Shown here: one piece after another, positions 28,501 through 37,476 of the stretch
Numbering within the stretch: the first letter of the stretch is position 1
Layout of the letters: each line of letters starts with the position of its first letter
Notes under the pieces: generated by a model
Told to the model about the DNA's origin: nothing
Seen by the model: the letters and a program-made list of their open reading frames with translations, nothing else
Database searches by the model: none
DNA from: Clostridia bacterium
GTDB taxonomy: Bacteria > Bacillota > Clostridia > UMGS1883
Assembly: GCA_017414645.1 (NCBI GenBank)
Contig: JAFQLL010000094.1
Coordinates: forward strand, 1 to 56,415
DNA length: 56,415 nt
Direction: 5' to 3'
Position numbers and translations under genes: made by a program

Positions 28501-31086
28501 GACTGGACAAACGCATCTACAGGTGCGCAGTACTCGGGCACAGTATCTTCTGTAAATGCTCACGGCACTTCTAACTCAATAACTAATACAGGCAATGCCG
28601 GCGGTAGCGCTGTATCTACGCTCAGAAGATTTGTCCCCATTGAAGGCGGAAAGAGCTATTATCTTTCTTACTATGCATACGCAACACAGGCGACAACAGG
28701 TAATGCTCAAATGTCTGCCGCTGTTCTTACAAAGGGTGGTCCCGTGTATGGAAACTTTAACGGACTTTCTTACTACAATTATAAAACCTATGGCGGCATG
28801 AACTCATGGTCTTCTGAAAGCAGTAACACTCACATAGGTGGCTCTGTTGCAAGAGCTGATGATTTGTATGCACAGGGTATGAATCATAAGGAATTTGTAT
28901 TTACTGCTCCCGAAGATGCAGAACACATTATGCTCAGCTTCTTTGCCTGGACAGATACAGGCAGACTTTACCTCAGCGACTTCACTCTTTACGAGCTTGA
29001 AGAAATCGTAAACGAAGACGCTGTTGCAACAACGGTTACTGTTGAATTTATTGATTCTGAAGGTAACGAAGTTGCAGAAAGCATAACAGAAGAAATAGCA
29101 GAGGGTGAGATTTATATTTACGAAGCTCCCGAAACTATTACATTCAACGATGAATATTATGTACTTAACGAAACAGAATCTCTTCTTAGCTGTAAAGCAG
29201 TACAGGGCGAAAACACAATCAGCGCTGTATATGACAAGGTAGGTCTTGTAACAGTTAAGCATGTTGATTCTGAGGGCAACGAAATTGCAAATGCTGAAAC
29301 ATACGAATGCGTAGTTGGCACAGCCTTTGATGGCAGCGATTATGCAAAGACAAACCTTATTTTCGAATCTAAAGTTTACAACTACGTTGAAAATGCTGAC
29401 GATGCAATTGAAGTGTCCGCTAAGATTTCCGAAAACGTAATTGAACTTGAATACAAAGAAAGCGACGTTTCCTTCGACGGTAAGCTTGCACACTTCACAT
29501 TCGATGACGAAGAAACAGGCTTTGTAAGTGAATTTGCAAAGGCTGAAAGCAGCGGCGCAAACGTGCTTTCTAACGATGCAATGAAGGGCAAGGCTCTTTA
29601 TCTTAACGGCTCCGGATCGAACTTCTTGAACGTTACAAATGCCGAGGGTGAAGCACTTCTTACAGGTCTTGACGAAATTACAGTTGTATTCTATGCAAAG
29701 GTAGCAGGCAGTGGTGCAAACTGGTCACTTTATATGGCACCTGATTCTGCAAGCCAGACATACGCACAGGAAAAATATGTAGGTATGCTTCATAACGGTA
29801 ACCTTATTGTTGAAAGATACCTTAACTCAGGTTCACGTGCTCCTTCAATAAGCGTTTCTGATCCTACAGGCACATGGAAAAAGTACGCACTTGTAATTGA
29901 AGAAGACACAACAACACTTTATATTGATGGAACTGCAACAACTCTTGAATCCTCTTACAAGCTTTCCGATATCCTTGGTACAAATTCCGTAATTCAGATT
30001 GGTAAGGCTAACTGGGGTAGCGGCGAATATTTCAACGGTTATATTGATGAATTCATGATCTATAACTATGCTCTTAGTGAACGTGAAATCGCTGAAATCG
30101 GTGGCAGTAGCAAGGTTATGGTAAGCTTTGTAGATAAGAACGGTGTAACACTTAAGGAAAGTGAAACAATCGATGTTCTTGCCGGTGTAGAGCTTACCGA
30201 AAGCGTAATTAACTACGAAAAGCTTATGACAGTCGGTGGCGTTGACTACATGGTTACAGATATTGAAGGTCTTGGACAGATTGCTAACGGTGGATCTATG
30301 ACAGTTAAAGTTGTTTATGCTGAGGCTGTTGCATCTGAGGCAACTTTCAAGGCAACACGCGGCGATTCGCTCCGTTCTGCTACAGACTCTTCACTTTCTG
30401 ACTTTGCAAGTGAAGCAGGCGGAGATTACCCCGCAAGACTTATGACAGACAACCGCTGGTATAAGAGAGCAGGTCTTGCAGGCTTTGAAGTAGCTGTTCC
30501 CGAAGGCGAAATCATTACAAAGGCAACTGTTAAGCTTCATGTAAATGCATCCAACGGAACAAATGGTGCGGTAATCTACGATGCATCTACACTTCCTGAG
30601 GATTGGTCAAGAGGCAATGTAACAGGCTTTGCTCTTCCTGCAGAACCTATTACAACAGGTGTTGTAAATGGTAGCTACATCACATTTGACGTTACTGATT
30701 ATGTAACAGAAAACGGCGATGTTTCATTTGCAGTATTTACAACTGTTGACCAGCAGTACATTATTTACGATTCTGAAAATACAAGCTATGTTCCCGAGCT
30801 TATCGTTGAAACAGCAAAGGAAAAGACAACAAGCTTTGAAATCGTTGGCAACAAGGCTGTTTACACATCCTACGATGATACAGACGTAACTGTTATGGTA
30901 GCTTATTACGACAAGGACGGTGCAGTTATTAAGACTGTAACAAGCACTGATAGCGACAAAACAGAAACAACAGTTTCAGTAGCAATTGAGCAGGTTGAAG
31001 GCACGGTAGCATATAAGGCATTTGTATGGAAGTCTAAAGATGGTATGAAACCTATTATGGCGCCTATTGTAGTTAGTGCTAATTAA
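25567..31086 (+). CDS. Secreted ~1840-aa multidomain heparinase II/III-like polysaccharide lyase with several carbohydrate-binding-type modules
   Basis: ATG at 25567 after AGGAGTG. Signal peptide MKRVLSVILSLALLMTVFGTLPVTVNA. GHAHPDSAAVVMYAYGKPLLVDSGRYSY (nt ~27367-27450) is the heparinase II/III signature. See the finding for the other modules. Confidence 0.7.
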   Translation: MKRVLSVILSLALLMTVFGTLPVTVNAASMSDADFFSKFDLTYSGMEDVKSAVDRGDYTTAKKEFVEYLSERKASGNAAAFPIAEDDENYGQAVLPLDNILTGPYEFDVWLNRFTVTGKEYELYEVDLTEKTAQELNNQAISVMLFERQKQAYPVLVASTEYASYEPVLVVETAEGATYEIMANHDTYVNSGATTTTYGNATELYVNEQSGSASSPFGSQTRRAYINFPLTEAANQTVTKATMKLYAKLADNATVDSLDVHVISVGDTMWDESRLTWSTIGGNIYSYQNADVPTWQQPSGADGEYQNVTTRFWFARSMAYEYLTYLEDPEQYAIEHPLYPDGSIFGEKLIDLMDAFATQKGYGFNRTLETGERLNRWVDVLDALIDTPAVQDNPEKVCNIISFMWGDCNYLAGLDIANGSYWWSNWRIVANAGFFKGNEYFPEWKNYTNWRNRVTGNIEYTLDLLFVDDMSFAEAGPAYAVWCVELFGDCVRMADINNRPLDKTFTEKLRYATRFALESLYPDGYDTNIGDSNYKDRMSVFNDLAEYYGNDSILNAFVNGTDEFDPEYYSSIYHDSNTMLMRNSWNPEEAIYLQLNNNPFDGHAHPDSAAVVMYAYGKPLLVDSGRYSYSSFNSIYNDLRYASAHNTIEAVGQSMASHASAAKPLEYATTSDAFDFATTSQTGYSGTTHTRNVLFLKDSAYSIVTDYVTGNQSREYRQNWHFMPSSNAEMSGNIATTNFYNEANIVIANAGSTTALIRDGYHSADYGLVAGSKYASYGKTGAEVKFDTVLYPRRAGEEAEVAVTDLAEGDNSKAALEITIDGDTSYYYVKNTDDADGVFGDYKTDAKMAYVFEKSRNKKDISIVNGKNLEGIIESKNNITSMNVEYDNGNVYITGENLVPSTSQDAMLVNVGDEISTVYLNGEEIDFNLIYEGFETKGFYAVRSTDITGSGEISINGKEYNIVGENLITNGDFSDGTTDWTNASTGAQYSGTVSSVNAHGTSNSITNTGNAGGSAVSTLRRFVPIEGGKSYYLSYYAYATQATTGNAQMSAAVLTKGGPVYGNFNGLSYYNYKTYGGMNSWSSESSNTHIGGSVARADDLYAQGMNHKEFVFTAPEDAEHIMLSFFAWTDTGRLYLSDFTLYELEEIVNEDAVATTVTVEFIDSEGNEVAESITEEIAEGEIYIYEAPETITFNDEYYVLNETESLLSCKAVQGENTISAVYDKVGLVTVKHVDSEGNEIANAETYECVVGTAFDGSDYAKTNLIFESKVYNYVENADDAIEVSAKISENVIELEYKESDVSFDGKLAHFTFDDEETGFVSEFAKAESSGANVLSNDAMKGKALYLNGSGSNFLNVTNAEGEALLTGLDEITVVFYAKVAGSGANWSLYMAPDSASQTYAQEKYVGMLHNGNLIVERYLNSGSRAPSISVSDPTGTWKKYALVIEEDTTTLYIDGTATTLESSYKLSDILGTNSVIQIGKANWGSGEYFNGYIDEFMIYNYALSEREIAEIGGSSKVMVSFVDKNGVTLKESETIDVLAGVELTESVINYEKLMTVGGVDYMVTDIEGLGQIANGGSMTVKVVYAEAVASEATFKATRGDSLRSATDSSLSDFASEAGGDYPARLMTDNRWYKRAGLAGFEVAVPEGEIITKATVKLHVNASNGTNGAVIYDASTLPEDWSRGNVTGFALPAEPITTGVVNGSYITFDVTDYVTENGDVSFAVFTTVDQQYIIYDSENTSYVPELIVETAKEKTTSFEIVGNKAVYTSYDDTDVTVMVAYYDKDGAVIKTVTSTDSDKTETTVSVAIEQVEGTVAYKAFVWKSKDGMKPIMAPIVVSAN

Positions 31087-31091
31087 AAATT

Positions 31092-31120
31092 AAACGGAGA
31101 GCCTTTTGGCTCTCCGTTTT
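31092..31120 (+). terminator. Rho-independent terminator after the lyase gene
   Basis: AAACGGAGAGCC / GGCTCTCCGTTT 12-bp stem with TTTT loop, followed by T. Confidence 0.85.
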
Positions 31121-31127
31121 GCATTAT

Positions 31128-31153
31128 AAAAGCCCGATTAAATCGGGCTTTTG
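31128..31153 (-). terminator. Rho-independent terminator for the convergent hydrolase gene
   Basis: AGCCCGA / TCGGGCT stem flanked by A and T runs. Lies immediately 3' of the minus-strand stop at 31155. Confidence 0.7.
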
Positions 31154-31154
31154 T

Positions 31155-33122
31155 TTAATAGCATATTGAATTTATTTCAGTTTGTTTTTCGTCTGTAGGC
31201 TCCATATCGCCATTTGCAACAAGATAAACCTCTCTGTTTGTTTTCTTTGCGCTTTCAACAATCTCAGGGTACTCCTTGTTGCACACATCCACAAAGCCTA
31301 TCTGGTAGTTTTCACCATCAAAACGTCCGAGATAACCTTGGTCATTAAGGGTAAAGTAATGTGCACCCAAGCAGTAGGGGTGAGAAGCACAACGATGCAT
31401 ATAGTAGCGGTAAGCTTTTGCACGGTCTTCCTGACTTGCAACACCTTGAATACCTGTCGCGTCAAGGCCTCTGTCAAGAGCACCAAAGTGGAATTCACCA
31501 ATCATAACAGGCATGTCTACCAAATCCACAATGTGCTGAATACTGCCATAAGGGTCATGACGGTAACAGTTGAATGAGAACACATCAAAATACTCGCAGC
31601 CAGCTGTTACGGTTTTGTTTGCGACCCAAGCATAACGCATGCCTAAATTAAGGTGGTTGGGGTCGACCTCCTTAATTGCCAATGCAGGCACCTTTATAAA
31701 TTCTCTTACCATTTCGGCAGACACATTCATAAGGTCGTCCCAAGCTGTTTTGTTGAGGGTTTCTTTGTCTATAGGCTCATATAAGCTATCAAAGGTTGCA
31801 AACGCAGTTTCCCATGCCTTATTAAGGCTCTCAATTGCTTCGTACTGTGCTTTAAGAGAATTTACGATAAAATCCTTAGAACAAAACTTTTCGTCTGCTT
31901 CCAGGGTTACAGCGGCTATATTAAGGCCATCTGAGAAAGCCCAATGGGGCTCATTGCTCATAAAACAGCCAATCATGTTTTTATCATTCTTCAACTCTTC
32001 AAGCTGCTGTGCCCATTTAACGCTTTCTTCTTTGTATTCGGGAGAGAAAACATCGGGGAAGTCACGGAAAATATTCTTTGTTGTACGGGGGAACCCGTGA
32101 AGAATATGTACATATGGGAGATTTGAATTCTTAATAAAATTCATGTCGCTCCAGCATGCAACAGTATTTTCACCCCATTCAATAAGCCTGCGTTTTGTAA
32201 TACGGGTCCATGCCTCATACCAGTTTTCGCCAAAGGTGCGGTAAAGGTTATATTTATGCCAAGAGAAGAAAACCTCGTCACCAAAGCGTCTTTTGCTCCA
32301 GCCGGGGGTATCCTTGTCGGGAAGGTAGTCGCAAAAGCCTTCAATACCTGTAAGGTTGCAATCACCGTCAACGCCCACACAGTCAAGACCACAGCTTATA
32401 AAAGCATAGCCGTCAGGGTCTTTAAGCCAATAACGTCTGTCGTCCTTTTCAAGGGCAAAGAAGCCTGTAGGCTCAAAACGCTTGCCAAGCCAGCCGCCAT
32501 AATTGGAACAATTCTCGGGTAAAGTAGTTTCTTTTTCGTATTCAGCAAGAAGATGCTTCTTTAAATCTTCTTCATTCTTTGTTTTGCCGGGCCACTCGGT
32601 GATTTTTTTCTGCCCGAGAGTGTCTACAAGCTTTACATCGGGAACATTGTATTCAGGCTCAACTTCGCAGATATAAGAATCGTGTATTTTAAGAGTAACG
32701 CTGTCGGGAGAAGGTGCAACACCGAATGCAAAGCGTGTAAGGTTTTTAAGCTTTACAGGTGTGCCGAGAACAACAGTTTTCAATCTGCCGGGTTTTCTCT
32801 TTAAGAAAAGAACACCGCCCTCGGCAGATTCTTCCTTTAACGAAACAACAGTTTTAACATGGGGAAGAAGGCCTATTTTCACTGTGATATTGCCATTTTT
32901 TTGATCTTTATCCCAAAAGTTAAGGGTAACACTTGTGGAATTTTCCGAAAGGTTTGTTGCTTCAAAAACCACGTATTCGTCCTTATTGCAGGGGTAGGAG
33001 CATATTGTGCCTTTGTCACCTTCGAAAATGAGCATACCTCCATCCTTTGAGAAGGTGTATATGCCATCCTCTTTCGGTGTAACATTCTTTAATACGGCAC
33101 TGTTTAAATCAATTTTTTTCAT
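31155..33122 (-). CDS. Cytoplasmic clan GH-A-like (beta/alpha)8 glycoside hydrolase, family unassigned
   Basis: No signal peptide. CFMSNEPHW (candidate NEP acid/base) and MIGEFHFG (candidate nucleophile Glu) fit clan GH-A spacing (GH42/GH50-like). N-terminal ~200 aa looks like a beta-sandwich. Confidence 0.5.
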   Translation of the reverse strand: MKKIDLNSAVLKNVTPKEDGIYTFSKDGGMLIFEGDKGTICSYPCNKDEYVVFEATNLSENSTSVTLNFWDKDQKNGNITVKIGLLPHVKTVVSLKEESAEGGVLFLKRKPGRLKTVVLGTPVKLKNLTRFAFGVAPSPDSVTLKIHDSYICEVEPEYNVPDVKLVDTLGQKKITEWPGKTKNEEDLKKHLLAEYEKETTLPENCSNYGGWLGKRFEPTGFFALEKDDRRYWLKDPDGYAFISCGLDCVGVDGDCNLTGIEGFCDYLPDKDTPGWSKRRFGDEVFFSWHKYNLYRTFGENWYEAWTRITKRRLIEWGENTVACWSDMNFIKNSNLPYVHILHGFPRTTKNIFRDFPDVFSPEYKEESVKWAQQLEELKNDKNMIGCFMSNEPHWAFSDGLNIAAVTLEADEKFCSKDFIVNSLKAQYEAIESLNKAWETAFATFDSLYEPIDKETLNKTAWDDLMNVSAEMVREFIKVPALAIKEVDPNHLNLGMRYAWVANKTVTAGCEYFDVFSFNCYRHDPYGSIQHIVDLVDMPVMIGEFHFGALDRGLDATGIQGVASQEDRAKAYRYYMHRCASHPYCLGAHYFTLNDQGYLGRFDGENYQIGFVDVCNKEYPEIVESAKKTNREVYLVANGDMEPTDEKQTEINSICY

Positions 33123-33144
33123 TTTCCAATCCTCTTTCTTTATA

Positions 33145-34509
33145 TTATTTTAAGAGTGATTCGCCTATTTTGTATACATCGCCTGCGCCCATTGTGAACG
33201 CAATATCGTCGGGCTTAAGGCAACCTTTGAGATATTTTTCAACGTCGTCAAAGGATGCTTTGTATACTGCGCCTTCTGTTGCAGCAGCGAGCTCTTCTGA
33301 TGAAACAAGGCCTGTATCCTTCTCACGTGCAGCAAAAATATCGGTAATTATTACGCTCACACCGCTTTCTGAGAACACCTTTACAAAGTCGTCAAATAGC
33401 ATTTTTGTACGTGTGTAGGTGTGGGGCTGGAATACACAGTATATATTCTTAAAGCCCATATTCTTAGCAGCATCAAGTGTTGCTTTAATTTCAGAGGGAT
33501 GATGTGCATAATCGTCAACAATCAGCGCGCCATTGAAAAAGCCCTTTCTTTCAAAGCGTCTGTGAGCACCTATAAACTTGCCCAAAGCTGAACAGATTAT
33601 ATTTTTGTCAATTCCCGACATGTCAGCCACGGCAAAAGCACAAAGAGCGTTGTACACATTATGTTTTCCGGGAACAGCAAGGGAAACAGTTGCGTAATAT
33701 TCACCATTTTTAAGAATTTTAAACATGCACTTATCTGCCGAGTCGTGAGTGATGTCGCAGCCTTGATAGTCGCACGCAGTTTCAATGCCTATTGTAACAA
33801 TGTTTTTATTAACACCTTCAATGGCTTTTACTACGTTTTTATCGTCCACATTTGCAATAAGCGCTCCATCATCAGGAGTGATTAATGCCAGGCGATGGAA
33901 TGTGTCGATTATGTCGTCAAGACCTGTGAAAAAGTCCAGATGGTCTTCCTCAATATTGAGCATAACGGTAGTCTTGGGCGAAAACTTCAGAAAGCTTCTG
34001 TGATATTCACAGGCTTCTGCAATAAAAATGTCTTTTTTGCCAACCCTTAAATTGCCGCCGATTACATCAAGCTCACCACCAATTGTAACGGTGGGGTCCA
34101 TGTCAGCTTCAAGGTAAATCTGTGAAATCATGCCTGTTGTGCTGGTTTTACCATGAGTACCCGAAACAGCTATGGGGTTCTGATATCTTTTCATAATTGC
34201 GCCAAGAAGCTCAGCACGGTCTATAATTTCAATTCCCTTTTCCTTAGCTGCAATAAATTCGGGGTTATCTTCCTTAACGGCAGCAGTATAAACCACAAGA
34301 TCCTGATTTGTAATGTTCTCAGCTTTCTGACCGATGATTACTTTTGCGCCGAACTCTTCGAGCTGTTTTGTAATGTGACTTTCTTTCATATCTGAACCGC
34401 TGACTATACAGCCATCATCCATAAGAATACGGGCGAGAGCACTCATGCTGATGCCGCCAATACCTATAAAGTGTATTTTTGAGCCCTTGCTAAGCATATT
34501 GTTATCCAT
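33145..34509 (-). CDS. murC: UDP-N-acetylmuramate--L-alanine ligase
   Basis: IHFIGIGGISMSALARIL and GTHGKTSTTGM motifs. Confidence 0.95.
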   Translation of the reverse strand: MDNNMLSKGSKIHFIGIGGISMSALARILMDDGCIVSGSDMKESHITKQLEEFGAKVIIGQKAENITNQDLVVYTAAVKEDNPEFIAAKEKGIEIIDRAELLGAIMKRYQNPIAVSGTHGKTSTTGMISQIYLEADMDPTVTIGGELDVIGGNLRVGKKDIFIAEACEYHRSFLKFSPKTTVMLNIEEDHLDFFTGLDDIIDTFHRLALITPDDGALIANVDDKNVVKAIEGVNKNIVTIGIETACDYQGCDITHDSADKCMFKILKNGEYYATVSLAVPGKHNVYNALCAFAVADMSGIDKNIICSALGKFIGAHRRFERKGFFNGALIVDDYAHHPSEIKATLDAAKNMGFKNIYCVFQPHTYTRTKMLFDDFVKVFSESGVSVIITDIFAAREKDTGLVSSEELAAATEGAVYKASFDDVEKYLKGCLKPDDIAFTMGAGDVYKIGESLLK

Positions 34510-34569
34510 AATTTTCCTCCAAAACTAACTATGATATAAACATAATAACAAAAAAATAGAAAAATACTA

Positions 34570-34598
34570 TTGAAAAATTGCCGCTACTTTGATATTAT
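34570..34598 (+). promoter_or_regulatory. Putative promoter of spoVG
   Basis: TTGAAA (34570-34575), 17-nt spacer, TATTAT (34593-34598). The sigma factor is not determinable by eye. Confidence 0.35.
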
Positions 34599-34665
34599 AC
34601 AATTAATAGAGAAAAAATCAAGTATCTTTGTGTAACTTGATTAAAGAATTTAGGAGGGAAATTCA

Positions 34666-34938
34666 GTGGAGATAACAGATATCAGAGTGAGAAAAATTGC
34701 TTCTGACGGAAAAATGAAGGCTATTGTGTCGGTAACCCTGGACAATATGCTTGTAATCCACGACATTAAGGTTATTGAGGGCGTTGAAAAAATGTTTGTT
34801 GCAATGCCCAGCAGAAAGAATGCCGAGGGTGAGTACAAGGATATTGTACATCCCATTACAAGTCAGCTTCGTGAAACTCTTCAGACCGCAATTCTTGCAA
34901 AATATGAAGAGGCTTTGAAGGAGCAGGCTACTGAGTGA
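34666..34938 (+). CDS. spoVG: Septation/sporulation regulator SpoVG
   Basis: GTG start after [19 protein letters not shown]...[20 protein letters not shown]...FVAMPSRK is near-canonical SpoVG. Confidence 0.95.
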   Translation: MEITDIRVRKIASDGKMKAIVSVTLDNMLVIHDIKVIEGVEKMFVAMPSRKNAEGEYKDIVHPITSQLRETLQTAILAKYEEALKEQATE

Positions 34939-34951
34939 TTTGAAAAACAAG

Positions 34952-34992
34952 TCAGGCAGGCTGTGTTTTGCTTGCCTGATTTGTTGTGTTTG
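34952..34992 (+). terminator. Probable terminator/attenuator after spoVG
   Basis: TCAGGCAGG / CTTGCCTGA 9-bp stem (one G-U pair) followed by TTTGTTGTGTTT. Confidence 0.55.
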
Positions 34993-35054
34993 CCTTACAA
35001 GCTCGCTGTAAGGCACTAATAATTAAACGTGAGCAGAAAGGTTACGGGTGTGTT

Positions 35055-36416
35055 ATGAGTTTTTCTCTTGTTGTTCTTGCGGCAGGCGAAGGCAAAAGAA
35101 TGAAATCCGAAAAATCGAAGGTTGTATTTAAGGTTGCCGGCAAAGAAATGGTAAACCGAGTTATAGATGAGGCAAAAAAAGCAGGCGTTAGCGACGTTTG
35201 CGTAGTGGTTGGGCATAAAGCTCAAATGGTTATGGAAGCAGTGGGCAACAGTTCACAATTTGTTACCCAGGCAGAGCAAAAGGGTACCGGGCATGCGGTT
35301 ATGCAGGCCAAAGAATTTATTGCCAAAAGCGAAAATGTAATGATTCTCGCCGGTGATACTCCGCTTATAACCTCAGAAACATTGAAAAATGCAATCGATG
35401 CACACACTAAAGATGAAAATACATGCACAGTATTAACCGCTGTTATTGATAATCCTTTTGGCTACGGAAGAATTATCCGCAATGAAAATGATGAGGTAGC
35501 GAAAATTGTTGAACAAAAGGACGCCTCTGAGGAGGAAAAAGCCGTTTGTGAAATCAATTCCGGTATGTATTGTTTTAAATCATCAGAGCTTCTGAAGGCT
35601 CTTGACATGCTTACCAATGATAATGCGCAAGGTGAATATTATCTTACAGATACACTTGCCATTATGAAAGCATCCGGACAGAAGGTAGGAGCCTTTGTAG
35701 TAGCAGATGCAGCTGAAATATCAGGCGTTAACGACCGCGTGCAGTTAGCTGCAGCGGAAAAAGTAATGCAGAAGAGAATTAATACACGCTATGCTTTGAA
35801 TGGTGTAACCATAATTGATCTTGAAAACACATATATTGAAGACGATGTTGTTATCGGACAGGATACTGTCATTTACCCCGGCACAACTATTGAAAAGGGG
35901 TCGAAAATAGGCAAGGGCGTTGTTATAGGTCAGAATTGCAGAATTGTAAATTCAACTATAGGCGATGGCACAGATATTTATTATTCCACCATGGTGGATT
36001 CCTGTGTTGGCGAAAACAGTCATGTTGGTCCTTATGCATATCTCAGACCCAATAGTACTGTTGGCAATAATTGCAAGGTAGGCGACTTTGTAGAGCTTAA
36101 GAATGCAACATTAGGCGATGGAACAAAGGCAAGCCATCTTACATACATTGGCGACGCAACCGTTGGCAGCAATGTTAACTTTGGTTGCGGTACCGTAATT
36201 GTTAACTACGACGGAAAGAGCAAGTTTAAAACAACCATTGGCGATAATGCATTTATCGGTTGTAACTCGAACCTTGTTTCTCCTGTTACCGTAAACGACA
36301 ATGCGTACATCGCCGCCGGCTCAACTATCACGGACGAAGTTCCTGAAGGGGCCCTCGCTATTGCGAGAAGTCGTCAGGTTGTGAAGCCTGATTGGAAAGA
36401 CAAACGTTCAAAGTAA
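35055..36416 (+). CDS. glmU: Bifunctional UDP-N-acetylglucosamine pyrophosphorylase / glucosamine-1-phosphate N-acetyltransferase
   Basis: Start at the internal ATG 35055 (MSFSLVVLAAGEGKRMKS) and C-terminal hexapeptide repeats. The longer ORF start at 34986 would overlap the upstream hairpins. Confidence 0.9.
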   Translation: MSFSLVVLAAGEGKRMKSEKSKVVFKVAGKEMVNRVIDEAKKAGVSDVCVVVGHKAQMVMEAVGNSSQFVTQAEQKGTGHAVMQAKEFIAKSENVMILAGDTPLITSETLKNAIDAHTKDENTCTVLTAVIDNPFGYGRIIRNENDEVAKIVEQKDASEEEKAVCEINSGMYCFKSSELLKALDMLTNDNAQGEYYLTDTLAIMKASGQKVGAFVVADAAEISGVNDRVQLAAAEKVMQKRINTRYALNGVTIIDLENTYIEDDVVIGQDTVIYPGTTIEKGSKIGKGVVIGQNCRIVNSTIGDGTDIYYSTMVDSCVGENSHVGPYAYLRPNSTVGNNCKVGDFVELKNATLGDGTKASHLTYIGDATVGSNVNFGCGTVIVNYDGKSKFKTTIGDNAFIGCNSNLVSPVTVNDNAYIAAGSTITDEVPEGALAIARSRQVVKPDWKDKRSK

Positions 36417-36437
36417 AGGTAAAACGGAGGAGTAGCA

Positions 36438-37403
36438 ATGTTACACAATGCAAAGAACATCAAGATTTTTTCAGCAAATTCCAACCCTAATCTGGCAGCA
36501 AGCATAGCAAATCATCTTAATCTGCCCCTTGCTTCCAACAAGGTTGGTAAGTTTTCCGACGGTGAAATTTTTGTCAATCTGGACGAAACCGTACGTGGCA
36601 GCGATGTATTCATCATACAGTCCACATGTGATCCCGTAAACGATCACCTTATGGAGCTTCTTGTCATGATTGATGCTTGTAAGAGGGCATCCGCAGGCAG
36701 AATTGTTGCAGTAATGCCTTATTTCGGTTATGCAAGACAGGACAGAAAAGCAAAAGCGAGAGACCCGATCACAGCAAAGCTTGTTGCAAACCTTATCACA
36801 GCAGCAGGTGCAACACGTGTTCTTACAATGGACTTACACGCGGCGCAGATTCAAGGCTTTTTCGACATACCGGTTGACCACCTTTTAGGTGTTCCGCTTC
36901 TTGCGCCTTACTATCTTGAAAAGTTTGATTCTATGGACGATGTTGTTGTTGTTTCTCCCGATTTCGGCAGTGTTACAAGAGCAAGAAACTTTTCAAGAAT
37001 TATTGATACGCCTGTTGCAATTATTGACAAACGCAGACCCAGACCCAATGTCAGCGAGGTAATGAACATTATCGGCGACATTAAGGACAAAAAGGTTATT
37101 CTTGTTGACGACATGATCGATACTGCAGGCACAATCACACACGGTGCTGAGGCTCTTATCGAAAAGGGAGCAAAGGAAGTTTACGCTTGCTGTTCACACC
37201 CTGTTCTTTCAGGTCCCGCAATGGAAAGAATTGCAGCCTCGCCCATAAAAGAGCTTGTTGTTCTTGATACTATTGAGCTTCCTGAGGAAAAGAAGGCTCC
37301 CAATATTAAGGTGCTTTCTGTAGCAAAGCTCTTTGCTGATGCTATCGAAAAGATTTATGAAGATGAGTCTATCAGCCCCCTCTTTTCTCCTCCGGTTAAA
37401 TAA
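36438..37403 (+). CDS. prs: Ribose-phosphate pyrophosphokinase
   Basis: [18 protein letters not shown] and [10 protein letters not shown] motifs. Confidence 0.95.
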   Translation: MLHNAKNIKIFSANSNPNLAASIANHLNLPLASNKVGKFSDGEIFVNLDETVRGSDVFIIQSTCDPVNDHLMELLVMIDACKRASAGRIVAVMPYFGYARQDRKAKARDPITAKLVANLITAAGATRVLTMDLHAAQIQGFFDIPVDHLLGVPLLAPYYLEKFDSMDDVVVVSPDFGSVTRARNFSRIIDTPVAIIDKRRPRPNVSEVMNIIGDIKDKKVILVDDMIDTAGTITHGAEALIEKGAKEVYACCSHPVLSGPAMERIAASPIKELVVLDTIELPEEKKAPNIKVLSVAKLFADAIEKIYEDESISPLFSPPVK

Positions 37404-37412
37404 TTGAGTGTA

Positions 37413-37446
37413 AGTCGGAAAGCGCATGCGTTTTCCGACTTTGTGT
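37413..37446 (+). terminator. Rho-independent terminator after prs
   Basis: AGTCGGAAA / TTTCCGACT 9-bp stem followed by TTGTGT. Confidence 0.65.
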
Positions 37447-37476
37447 CGATAAAAATTTCTACATGAGGTAAACAAT

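Noticed and set aside
27742-28563. Long antisense ORFs inside well-supported genes. Examples: 27742..28563, 28804..29493, 39163..39936, 49604..50365, 51617..52378, 14545..15216, 54765..55388, 10588..11037, 1918..2493.
   Set aside because: Each lies wholly opposite a gene with clear family motifs. Their translations are Cys/Asn/Phe/Ile-rich and low-complexity, have no recognisable motifs, and lack an RBS. They are open only because the sense-strand codon bias depletes stops on the antisense strand.
34992-35014. Second hairpin GCCTTACA-AGCTCGC-TGTAAGGC between spoVG and glmU as a riboswitch or attenuator.
   Set aside because: It is a perfect 8-bp stem, but it has no U-tract, I can see no alternative pairing with the upstream terminator, and it shows no similarity to the glmS ribozyme. 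It is noted only as supporting the glmU start at 35055.
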